Assembly: GCA_950097015.1 (NCBI GenBank)
Contig: CATNEN010000001.1
Location: forward strand, 7,440,001-7,504,000
Length of the DNA stretch: 64,000 nucleotides
Direction of reading: 5' to 3'
Source: Macrostomum hystrix
Taxonomy: Eukaryota; Animalia; Platyhelminthes
Of the stretch, positions 38,030 to 49,900 are shown one piece after another; position 1 is the first letter of the stretch; the number at the start of each line of letters is the position of its first letter. A program made the position numbers and the translations under genes. The notes below the pieces were generated by a model, which searched no databases, was not told where the DNA came from, and saw only the letters and a list, made by a program, of their open reading frames with translations.

Positions 38030-39397
38030 CCGCTCCACGTATTCGCCATTTACGGAGATGCACTTTCGGTAGCGCTCAATCAGCTTGTCGAAGCCAGAAC
38101 CCCAGAAGCTGGCATCGAACTGACGTAGAGACTTGTTGGCTTCGATGACCACCTCGCGCGTTGTGAAGATCTCGCCCCGCATTGGCATCTTCATTGGGCC
38201 AAAGAGGTGGAAATCGGCGAAAATCGGAAATCGGCAGTTTTGCCCTGTCGTTGGCATGCCATGATAAAGTGGCGCTGGCTTTCCTTAGACCCGAACTCCG
38301 ATGGATTCTTCGGTCGACTCATTTTCGCTCACTTTTGGTTTATGAAAAATCGTGTCAACAGCTTCAAAGGGTTGCAACCTATTTTGGCCCTAATGTATGC
38401 TGTGGTTGACTAAGCTGCATAAGATTTTACGAAAAGTCTTTTCCACAGATTCTATATTACCTAGATAATATATAACACCTTTTAACACCTTTTAACAACA
38501 CCTTTTAAGTGTTGTTGGGCATAAGTGAAATTTATCTAGTCCAAGTGCTCCTACCACTGAGCGAAGTGAGTTTGATTTAGTCGCTTCAATTAGCTTGCAG
38601 CCATAGACGGTGAATTCAATATAGTCGTTTTTAGCGCGCGCAACGAGATCGTGACTTTTATTTAGTCAAAGTGAAATGAATACGGTCAACGAGATCGTAA
38701 ACTTTCATAAAAGGCGCAAAAACACATAAGATATGTAAGATGTAAGATGTAAGATGTAAGGTGTAAGATGCAATGGCAGCACACAACTAGTGACCGTCAG
38801 GCAAACAAAACTGTTCAGTGTTCAATTAGGTCCTCCATGGCTATGCAGCGCGGTACATAGCGCAGACTTTCTCGGTGCCAGGCTTCGCAGTGCAGCTGTG
38901 TAACTGCGCTCATACAGTCTTCCAGTTCACGCTCCAGAATGCGTGCGCGGTGTTCCTGCAGCGTAATGCCTAACGCGGCAGCTGTATTCCATGGAGCCTC
39001 CATGGAAAGAATTCTATGATTCAGCAAATTCTATAGCCAAACAGGAACTCTAAGCGGACTAAATAAATTTCACTACGACTAACTTTAAGTCACGGTAAGC
39101 TCAGCGCTAAGCAAGAGCGACCAAATATATTTCACTTTTCCTCAATCGTCTATGGCCAAAATCAACAGCTAGACTATATCAAACTCACTTCACTCAGTGG
39201 TAGGAACACTTGGACTAAATAAATTTCACTTATGCCCAACAACACTGTTAAAGGGTATATTACCTATATTACCTAGGTAATATAGAATCTGTGGTCTTTT
39301 CTACGCCAGAATACCATAGACATCAATTTTCAGCCAAATCAAACACGAATTGTCACCAGAATTAGCATTAGTCCGGAAACTTTTGCAACATCCCTCG
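38030..39397 (-). mobile_element. Internally deleted mariner element (5' TIR at ~39368-39397), interrupted by a TIR insertion
   Basis: Minus strand begins TA|CGAGGGATGTTGCAAAAGTTTCCGGAC; N-terminus MSRPKN..RHFIMACQRQGKTA (ATG at 38322) is joined to the C-terminus DFHLFGPMK..RG..F...FW..G.DKL.ER..KCI..NGEYVE; no 3' TIR seen. Confidence 0.85.
38444..39293. mobile_element. 850-bp non-autonomous TIR element (P or hAT superfamily), ~140-bp TIRs
   Basis: CACAGATTCTATATTACCTAG termini, perfect 8-bp TSD GTCTTTTC (38436-43 / 39294-301). Confidence 0.9.
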
Positions 39398-39933
39398 TAC
39401 ATCATCGTACAATAATTAATAGGCTATACATTAGTAAGAAGGTTCATTCATACATGCTTTTAATAAATAAATTTTAACGAGACTGACAAGGTCGCTCACA
39501 CGAATTATTGCACAACATTCTAAACTTAAAGCAATTTTTTTGTCTTTTTATTTCTAATTCAATTATAAAAACGAGTTCTAGGCACTAAGAAATCTACATG
39601 CACACGAAAAGCCACAAGAAGTTAAAAGAAGAATTCCTAAGTTTAAATAAAGGAAATTAGTTTTCGATAGAATCTTTTGTTCTATAGTCATCTTCTTGCA
39701 ATCGAACAAAGAAACAAAAGCAAATTAGGAAAAAATACAGCGAAAATATTTTCTCGTTTGTTCTTTAGATGAGAAAAATTCACAGCTTGTTTTTGGAATA
39801 AAAAGTTTCGAAAATATTTGCACAGAATTTGCATCTGCCAAGTTCACAGCCCAGCTCGCAATTACTGAGCATAGATGGAATGATAAAGCTGAGGTGATCA
39901 AGCAAGAAAAGCAGAAATCTATATGTACCATAT

Positions 39934-40529
39934 TGTGACGTTGTCGCTGAAGCTAATGTTAAATCCCAACCTGCGTACTTATTTGGGCCGTTTAACTAAT
40001 GTCATTTAACTATCACCAACTTCTGCGGTTTCGTATAATTATTTAAAATTGTTAGGGTACTACTGTAAGTAGACGCCGATGTACATCACGCCACCCTAGC
40101 TTGTTTTCTACGCGTGTTTCAATGTTAACTACCCCGGCCAATGAGCGTGCGAGCTCTTTCTGACTAGATTTATCGATCGCTCTGTCTATCCTGCGGGCTA
40201 GTTTATTTAAGTAGGGCCCCCGAGCCCGCTCGCGCTTCACCGTTCTCTGTCTCGCTCACCTCCCTCCTCTGGAGTCTGGACCCGGCTCTTGAACCTTTCG
40301 TCCCGGCCACTGTTATTCGTCCTGTCAATTACTTCTCTACTAACAGTTATTGCACCTGTCGCATTGTTACCATTGAGCTCCTGCGCCTGACCAAATCCTG
40401 CTTGTCGCATGTCCCAGTGCGAATAAACGAGATCAATTTAAAAGTGCTACCGCTAGATTGACTTACGAGGATTCTAACTACAATTGGGGTTGAGTTTCGC
40501 CTGATTCTGTTGCCAGTTATTTCGTCACA
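39934..40529 (+). mobile_element. Solo LTR (596 bp)
   Basis: TGTGACG...CGTCACA termini, 4-bp TSD ATAT, TATTTAAG at ~40204, AATAAA at ~40422. Confidence 0.88.
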
Positions 40530-41659
40530 ATATGATAAGATCAATTTCTGAGCACTCAAATAGTTATTTTTTAATAATTATCTGCACGCTCTATAAATTA
40601 TGAACGAAGTACACGCATTGGTAAAATCACAGATATGTGGTATAGAAGTTAAACAAATTATTTAGAAAGTAGAAAAATATTGAAGTCAATAGGTTTGTGA
40701 AGCTTATATTGTAAACTTTTATAAGTAGCAAAGCAAAATTCTCTCTACTTAATTGCGTAATAAAAATAAAATAAACTATCACATTTAAGGCCACTAGTGA
40801 GAACAAAGCATCGGTATTCGTTATTGTATTCAGTAAACTTGAAAATTGCATTGACTAAGAATGGATCAAGAGATTATCGCTAGGTTAGAAAATATATAAA
40901 AGCACTACTGGATTAACTACAAGTAGTTACTTAGGACTGTTAAGACTAAAACTATTGGTAATGAGCTAGAAAATATATTTTCTGAAAGGATTATTGATCA
41001 ATAGAGAACCGAAAAGGACGACCCGAAAAATAATATTTGTGAAGTTTGTGAAGTTCAATTGTACAGTGCATGAGCGAAAAAATGCACACGAATGTTTCTT
41101 ATAAAACTATTCGTTCTTATGGCTGAATTATCGAAAAGCCAAAAGAAGCAAACAAATGAGCCTTCTTTTAAACGAAAACATCATTTGGAAAAGGAAGACG
41201 AACGAAATCTTTTTCCAACGAAATCACCTTAGGTTAGAAAATTAAAAAAATATGGCTTTGAAAATCTAATTATTGTAGCAAAGAAAGGTAAATGATTTCT
41301 AAAATATATCAGCACTTCAGAGAACAGATTTCAGATCAGATGAACTCTTGGAATGGATCAAGGGGGAAATTTTGAACTCATGGGGTAATACCTTGTGGTT
41401 GATTTTGAAAATTATAAAACTAACTAGCTTTTTTTGCCCGTTTTTTTGGGGCAGAAATTTAAAGCAAAGCAGTAAGCAATTCACGTCTCGGTATTAACTT
41501 TATAGTGAAGGTCACCATTTATTTATTTACTGCATTAATGAAAAGTGAAGAGTTTGTTTAAGGGCGTTTTAAGTAAAAAATAAGTGAAAAGTTTGTCCAA
41601 ACAGCCCCCTCTTGATTACTTCTTTAGAAACATGTTTCTTAGCCACTCCTCTATACAGT

Positions 41660-41932
41660 CAGTGGCAGATCCAGGAATTTTGTTTTGGGGCGGTCTGTCA
41701 GGGGAGCGCCATGAGAATCACAGAGGGGGTGCCAGCGGCCGAAAAAGGGCGCCAGGAGCCAAGAAAGGGCGCCAGCGGCTGAAAAACGGGAGCCAGCGGC
41801 TGAAAAAGGGGCGCCAGCGGCCGAAAAGGGGCGCCAGTGCTGCGACTGGCGCCCCTGGTGGGGGCATCTTATTCCCATGATTAAAATTTAGGGGGGCGAC
41901 TGCCCCCCCGCCCCCCCCTAAATCTGCCTCTG
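41660..41932. mobile_element. hAT-type MITE nested in the Helitron
   Basis: CAGTGGCAGAT...ATCTGCCTCTG TIRs, 8-bp TSD TATACAGT (41652-59 / 41933-40). Confidence 0.88.
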
Positions 41933-42084
41933 TATACAGTATGCATGTACACGCGTATACATAAGGAAAATAGCCATGGCATAACAATAACAATGTCAAA
42001 GAAACAAAATTAAACTGTTTCAGAGTTCAGAGTTAGACAGGTCAAGGTCAATTCGTGACTACTTTTCTATTAATTGCTTGCGAG

Positions 42085-43045
42085 TCACCTCAAGGCCTGG
42101 GGATACACCACATTCTTCGTTCTTCCCCTTGGTGCGAAAATGAATAGGCCAGCTGGAGTTCCAACACGGGAGCAGGCGACATAAAGCTGCCCATGCGAGA
42201 AGCAAGGAGTCTCCAGGTTGATGCCAGCCACCTTCAGCGACTGTCCCTGAGCCTTGTTAATAGTCATCGCAAAGCACACTCTCACAGGGAACTGCAGTCG
42301 CTTGAACTGAAATGGCAGGTCCGTGGGGATAATTGGAATCCGGGGAACGAACAGACTCTCCTCTGCCAGATCCAGTCATTATCGTGGCCTCAATCACGTG
42401 TGGGAAGAGCCGCCTGACTATCAGTCTGGTGCCGTTACACAGCCTTGGCGCATTCAGGTTGCGGAGGAGCATAATTGGTGCCCCAACTTTCAGCTGCAAG
42501 TTGTGCGATGGAGTTCCAGGAGGATCTAGAGAGTTCAGAAACTCAACAGGATACTCCACAGCGGTGTCATCAGTCAACGTTGTATCAATTGACTTGTAGG
42601 TGAAAACTGCACCTGGCAACTCCTGAAGCAGTTGGTAGTTAATTTCGTTGGCGGCATCATTTCTAGGACACAGAATTGCCCTCTCTGACAGCCAGTCAAC
42701 GTCAGCATATCGAACCATCAGGTTCGGGTAAACTTTTGCCTTGAGCTCCTGCACTGACTGCACAATGGTTCCGATTGTAGCGATCGATGACTGCCCATCC
42801 TCGGTGCTAATCTCCAGCAGACCATTGCCGATTCGCAATAGATTGGCAGAGAACTCATGAGCTGTTTCGTCTCCTTGAATTGTAGCTCTCATGTTTGTTC
42901 GTAGGTGCAACTTCACAACCGATGGCCACAGGTGAGATGATTTTAGGCAAGCATTAATCTCATCAGCAGGAGTGCCACGCGGAATCACAGGCAGCGTCTG
43001 TCTAAAGTCTCCAGACAGCAGCAGAGTGACACCACCCATCAGTTG
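42085..43045 (-). pseudogene. Helitron PIF1-family helicase C-terminal fragment, frameshifted
   Basis: GDFRQTLPVI, LRTNMR, RAILCPRN, LLRNLNAPRLCNGTRL, then a frameshift to FAMTINKAQGQS...FSHGQLYVACSRV. Confidence 0.93.
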
Positions 43046-43932
43046 ATCGCCAGCCTCTCTCTTCTATCCCAGGCTGGCTGGAGAGAAATATCGCCCTGCG
43101 CACTGGGACGCCACCGCACTCACCGCACTCAGTCTCAGTGCTGCTTGGGGGCCAGTAGACAGTCTAGGGGTTTGGGCTGTGCACATTCACGGCTTGAAAT
43201 ACAATGTACAGTCTGGGGCTTCGGCGCCCGGGGAAGGGAGGGGGTGGCTGTAATAAAATTTGGCCCGCAGAGTGGCGGAGGGGAGTTGGGGTGGCTGTCC
43301 TCGGAAAACAAAAAGTGACTCACTTTGAGATGATGCAGCTTTGCTCTGGATTGAGTAGAGATGTTCAAAATTGTCAGCATTGTTGGAAAACATGTAAAGT
43401 GTAAGTGGATCAAATTTGGAGAAAATCTGACAAAGTGGGGCGACGATATGTCGAATTGAGTGATTTTTTGACGATTTTTGAGCAGTTTTTTGCACTTTTG
43501 AGCAGGAAGGAAATGATTTTTCGGGAATTTGAGTAGCCTATTGCACTCAGCGTAGGTGGTTCTAGGTATGTGCAAAGTTTGGTGCGATTTGGTTGAGCGG
43601 TTTCGGCGTCTATAAAGACAAAAGGTTGCACACACACAGACAGACACACACACACACAGACAGAGTTTTCACTTTTATATATATAGATAAAGTAAACTTT
43701 TACTTTTCTACCCAGTAGGGGTATAGTCGCTTGTTATATAGCTAATTAACTTAAAAGGTGAGCCATAATTTCTTGGCTCATAATTAGGAACGCTTTAGGT
43801 AACGAGAGAATCGTCGCATGCGTTCCTAAAGTAATGGGAACAAATTAGACGCTTTGGGTAATGATGAGGTGAACAATATCTAAAAATACCTTCTTCTTTA
43901 AGTCGATCGAACTTTTAACGTGTACCTTCGAA

Positions 43933-46900
43933 TCAGGCTTGAGAATTCGAAACTCGATGCATAACAGCGCTGTCCGGAGCAGAACCCGTTTCGCTAGAAT
44001 GAACCTCTCCAGTAGCCGGGCAGAACAGGTTCAAACCGGCTCGAGGATCACGTCTGCTTGTCGCTGACGAGGAAATCGCAACAAAATCAGACGATTCAGT
44101 GTCAGTTCTGTCATCACTGTCGAAACTACTGCCATTCTCCACTCCGGCAGTGACCAGAGACAGTTGCAATAAACCGCGCAGTATCGACGCTCCAATGGTG
44201 GGTAGAAGCCAGCCGTGACCGTTGCCACCAGGTTCTCCATCGTCGCCCGCTTCGCCAGTGGGTGTTGTTGTCGATGCTGAATCAGCATTCTCATCGTCGT
44301 CAATGTCGTTGGATGTATCCCGTCGCATAGAAAACTGCCTACGTCGGTGGAGCTGATTTCTGTTGCACAGGTGTTTAGGCTCTCGGGTGAAGCTGCCGTC
44401 CTGATGGAACTCCGCTAGATGTCGGCCAGATTTTACAGTGTCTGCGACTCTGAGACGAGAAAAAAAAGTGGATGAAAAATATAGAAAACCAGTGGTGCAC
44501 CCTCCTCACCTCTCCTTGGCTACGCGTATTACAAAAAAGTATACTAAAATACTTTAACACATAGCGCCCATCATGGTTAAAAGGCAGAAGTTTAACAGAT
44601 TTTGTCAAGACTTAAAAAATCTTTGCGTTAAAACAGTTTCAAGTCTCTCATGTATTTCTTATCACTTCATCGTTTAAAAATAGTTTTCTTTTTCCTCCGC
44701 TGCCACTATAGAAAATGCTTTTTATTTATAAACAGCAGAGAGCTTACTCGAGAAAGCAATTGTTGATGCCAGCGTCCAACGATGTTGCTCGTTGTGGCGG
44801 CTGCTGAATTGATGCCAGCATCAGCGAATTGGAAGGATTGCGCTGAGACAAGTTGTCTGTAGTAAAAGTAAGTTTTTTGTATACCTCTTTGGTACTGAAT
44901 TACTACCATCAAACCAGTTTCACTGTTTCTTACCGTCCCACTCTGCATCGCTGAAAGCTCCGAAATCGTCGCTATCATCGTCGGCCTCACCCTCACCAAA
45001 ACCGATTCCACTCCTGGTTGTGACGCCGCGCAATCTTCTCGGCGCCATAGCTGCGTGGAGTCCAGGCGTGGCAAGCCTTCTCCATTGAGCTAGGGTGGAA
45101 GAACCGCTCAGGGGCTTCACCAACTGTAGACGACGCCCGTCGGCGTAGCTGTAGCTGTGACTACCAAGCCAGGCTAGCCTCTGTTGCTGCTGATGAAGCT
45201 GCTGCTGCTGCTGCTGATTATGACGCGGACGCTGATGCTGATGTTGACGCTTCGGCAGCTGCAGCATTCTGTTAGACAGAGGTCCAGGCAAGTTGGCGCC
45301 CAAAGTGCTTGCGTACCTCCTAATATTAGTTGGGTTGAGTGGCATTTAGCAGAAGAAAGAACACGCTATTTTCACCCTAATGGAAAGACCACGGTATTTC
45401 GAATGCCCACTACCAACAAGAAGAAAAGATTTTCACACATCGAATAAAAGCTTCGCCCGTACCTTGTTGGAGTCTCCTGATCCTGAGAAAACTCTGACTG
45501 CTCCTGCTGACTACTGGAACCCGGTGTTTGAGTCTGCGTTGATGTTGCCATTGACGAAGGTTCATCTTCTTCAATCTCTGGCGACGACAGTGAGACATAA
45601 GCCACATCGTTTGCATTGTTGTCTAGCTCCAGTGTCAGCGAAGTCAGCGAAGATGCAGACGAGCAGAAGCCAGCGTTGATAACTTCGACGCTGTGATGGT
45701 GCCGACGGCGGCAGCGGCGAAGACGTGTCGGACGTGCCGGATGGTGAGCAGTGGCCGGTGGGGAGCTTCAGGGATTTAGGTGCAATGCTATTAGAACCCA
45801 GCAAGAACTGTTTTACATGTTGAAAAAACTGAGATTTTGAGAATCTCGAGAACCTCCGACTTTAGGGAAGAATTTTACCTATCCTGAAACTCCTGGGTCA
45901 CAGCTGACTGACGTCGACATTTGACACGACTGTGCTGTCGACCTTCAGCGACGTCGGAACGGGGCTCGAAGTTTGACGAGCCCTGACAACTAGCGCCTCG
46001 TTCTCGGCCCATTGTGGTCGATTGCTTGGCAGCGGCAAAACAACTCGAAGATTCCAATAATGGAGAAGTCAAATTGCCGACACTGATCGACCTACGGGTG
46101 GTTTTTTCAATAGACGCGCTCGTATTAACAAGTTTCACATCACACTACTTATCTTTTAAATGTCAGTAGCAAAATAAAAATTTAGAACTGCGAAATACAA
46201 TTAATTTATTTTTCGTGCTTATAAGCAAACTGCGAATAGTTGGCAAGGAGAAGCAGACAAAATTTCTTTTACAATTTTTTTGGCTTAACACGCAAAGTAT
46301 TTATTATTCTTCTTGGCAAATTCTTTGGAAACTAGCATAATTTATGGAATCCAATTGTCAAATATTCGCTGAGTTTGGCCAGCTTTTAGTGCCTAGCTTT
46401 AGCGAGAGTTATTTATTTCTGTTCTAATTTATTTTGGTTATCGATTCACACCAATATGCCTTGAGACAGATAAAAGAAAGAGGACAGTAGAAGGCAGACT
46501 AGGTAGATGAGAGTAGAAAGAGAGGGGAGATGAGAGAGGAGAGAGGAGATAGAAGAGAGGAGATAGGAGAGAGGAGAGATGAGAGGAGAGAGGAGAGATG
46601 AGAGGAGATAGGAGAGAGGAGAGATGAGAGGAGAGAGGAGAGATGAGAGGAGAGAGGAGAGAGGATGAGAGGAGAGAGGATGAGAGATGAGAGGAGAGAG
46701 GAGAGGAGAGAAGAGAGGAGAGAGGAGAGATGAGAGGAGAGAAGAAAGAGGAGAGATGAGAGGAGAGAGGAGAGGAGAGAGGAGAGGAGAGAAGAGAGGA
46801 GAGAGGATGAGAGATGAGAGGAGAGAGGAGAGGAGAGAAGAGAGGAGAGAGGAGAGATGAGAGGAGAGAGGAGAGGAGAGAAGAGCGGAGAGAGGAGAGA

Positions 46901-49900
46901 TGAGAGGAGAGAAGAAAGAGGAGAGATGAGAGGAGAGAGGAGAGATGAGAGGAGAGAGGAGAGAGGAGAGGAGAGAGGATGAGAGATGAGAGGAGAGAGG
47001 AGAGATGAGAGGAGAGAGGAGAGAGGATGAGAGATGAGAGGAGAGAGGAGAGGAGAGAAGAGAGGAGAGAGGAGAGATGAGAGGAGAGAGGATAGGAGAG
47101 AAGAGCGGAGAGAGGAGAGATGAGAGGAGAGAAGAAAGAGGAGAGATGAGAGGAGAGAGGAGAGATGAGAGGAGAGAGGAGAGAGGAGAGGAGAGAGGAG
47201 AGAGAAGAGATGAGAGGAGAGAGAAGAGATGAGAGGAGAGAGGAAAGGAGAGAAGATAGGATAAAGTCTTAAAACAAAATCTCAAAACCTGTACATACAA
47301 AGGCAACTTTCTCGCAAATCAAATTAGGCCTATAAAGGTACTTGAAAATGGCATAAATCATAAAGCATAAATCAAGCTTAAATAAGAAAAGTTATTTACT
47401 GTTATCAAGCCATGAGACAGACTGAGACAACCGTTCAGTTGATAATATTACACATTTTCGCAGATTGGCGCGTACAAAGCTAAAACCTTGTCCAAGTGGG
47501 CAAGCATAAGCAAACTAGGCAAGTCAAGTTAAACAATATTTCCATTTAGCCATGCGTTAAAAAAGGTTTACTAGCAGAAAAGGAAAGCCATGCAGGAATT
47601 GAAGAGCTTAATCCTTCAAACGGAACGATTGTCTCTCTGCCCTTTTCTCAACTGAATACTTTACAATGCGACTAAGCTAGTCTAACGTAGAGTCTCTTGT
47701 TAGTAACAATGAGGAAGGAAAAATGTACTATTAACAAGAGTACTGCACCGAAAAAGAAAGTTGTAAAAGCAAAATGTCTTTTAGCAACACCTATTGCTGT
47801 ACTCAATTCAAAAAGAGTTTTCGTCAAAGCTAGAGTTCTAGACAAAAGCTAAATAAACTGTACATGATTAAGGATCTACACCGTTTAGGGTCTGAATGAG
47901 TTGGGATCTGAATGAGTTGGGATCTGAATGAGTTGGGATCTGAATGGGTTGGGATCTGAATGAGTTGGGATCTGAATGAGTTGGGATCTGAATGAGTTGG
48001 GATCTGAATGAGTTGGGATCTGAATGAGTTGGGATCTGAATGAGTTGGGATCTGAATGAGTTGGGATCTGAATGAGTTGGGATCTGAATGAGTTGGGATC
48101 TGAATGAGTTGGGATCTGAATGAGTTGGGATCTGAATGAGTTGGGATCTGAATGAGTTGGGATCTGAATGAGTTGGGATCTGAATGAGTTGGGATCTGAA
48201 TGAGTTGGGATCTGAATGAGTTGGGATCTGAATGAGTTGGGATCTGAATGAGTTGGGATCTGAATGAGTTGGGATCTGAATAAGTTGGGATCTGAATGAG
48301 TTGGGATCTGAATGAGTTGGGATCTGAATGAGTTGGGATCTGTATGAGTTGGGATCTGAATGAGTTGGGATCTGAATGAGTTGGGATCTGAATGAGTTGG
48401 GATCTGAATGAGTTGGGATCTGAATGAGTTGGGATCTGAATGAGTTGAGATCTGAATGAGTTGGGATCTGAATGAGTTGGGATCTGAATGAGTTGAGATC
48501 TGAATGAGTTGGGATCTGAATGAGTTGGGATCTGAATGAGTTGGGATCTGAATGAGTTGGGATCTGAATAAGTTGGGATCTGAATAAGTTGGGATCTGAA
48601 TGAGTTGGGATCTGAATGAGTTGGGATCTGAATGAGTTGGGATCTGAATGAGTTGGGATCTGAATGAGTTGGGATCTGAATGAGTTGGGATCTGAATGAG
48701 TTGGGATCTGAATGAGTTGGGATCTGAATGAGTTGAGATCTGAATGAGTTGGGATCTGAATGAGTTGGGATCTGAATGAGTTGAGATCTGAATGAGTTGG
48801 GATCTGAATGAGTTGGGATCTGAATGAGTTGGGATCTGAATGAGTTGGGATCCGAATGAGTTGGGATCTGAATGAGTTGGGATCTGAACACGTCTTTAAA
48901 AATGTATAGAAAGTAACAAGCAGCATAACGAAGATAGCTTGCACAACATTCTACCAATGGCTGCAAAACATTTTTTCGGAAAAATATTAACCTGAAGAGT
49001 GTCTTCCAAGATTGCGAAAAAACCGCATCAAGATTCAGTGTTGGACTGAAATAAGAAGCAATTTAACGGTGCTTTTAGTCGGTCCTTTATCTGCTGTCTA
49101 GGCTATAAAAAATACATTTAAAAAATCAAATCCTTTTCCTAAGAAAATGGCTGTCTAAACTTCAGTGGAACTCATTTTATTATTTATAAATCTAAAATAC
49201 CAGGGTCCAGTGTTGATTAACTATTCAAACGATAAGGCAGCCAAATTAGAGATCTACCGAGAATTCACAAAATGAATATTTTGTTAGCCAGTTACCTGAG
49301 TTCTACTGTGAGAAATTAGTAAGGAAGGAAAACCGGAACGTAAATTAGGAAGCTTGATTTGGTAGGTGGATTAGGAAGATTGATTAGAAAGATGGATTTG
49401 GAAGATGGATTTGGAAGATGGATTAGGAAGATGGATTAGGAAGATGGATTAGGATACATGAGGAAGATGGATTAGGATAGATGAGGAAGATGGATTAGGA
49501 TAGATGAGGGAGATGGATTAGGATAGATGAGGAAGATGGATTAGGATAGATGAGGGAGATGGATTAGGAAGATGGATTAGGAAGATGGATTAGGATAGAT
49601 GAGGAAGATGGATTAGGATAGATGAGGAAGATGGATTAGGATAGATGAGGGAGATGGATTAGGATAGATGAGGAAGATGGATTAGGATAGATGAGGGAGA
49701 TGGATTAGGATAGATGAGGAAGATGGATTAGGAAGATTAATTAGGTAGATGTATTAGAAAGATGGATTAGAAAGATGGATTTGAAAGATGGATTTGCGAT
49801 ATGGATTAGAAAGATGGATTAGGAAGATAGATTAGGAAGATGGATTAGGAAGATGGATTAGGAAGATGGATTAGGATAGATGAGGGAGATGGATTAGGAT

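Larger units (their letters stand above)
41424..43687 (-). mobile_element. Non-autonomous Helitron (2.26 kb)
   Basis: Minus 5' end A|TCTATATATATAAAAG followed by a TCTG/TG microsatellite; 3' end has a GC hairpin then CTAG|T; contains a RepHel helicase fragment. Confidence 0.88.

Noticed and set aside
42085-43045. Host PIF1 helicase gene
   Set aside because: 5'-truncated, frameshifted, intronless and enclosed by Helitron termini
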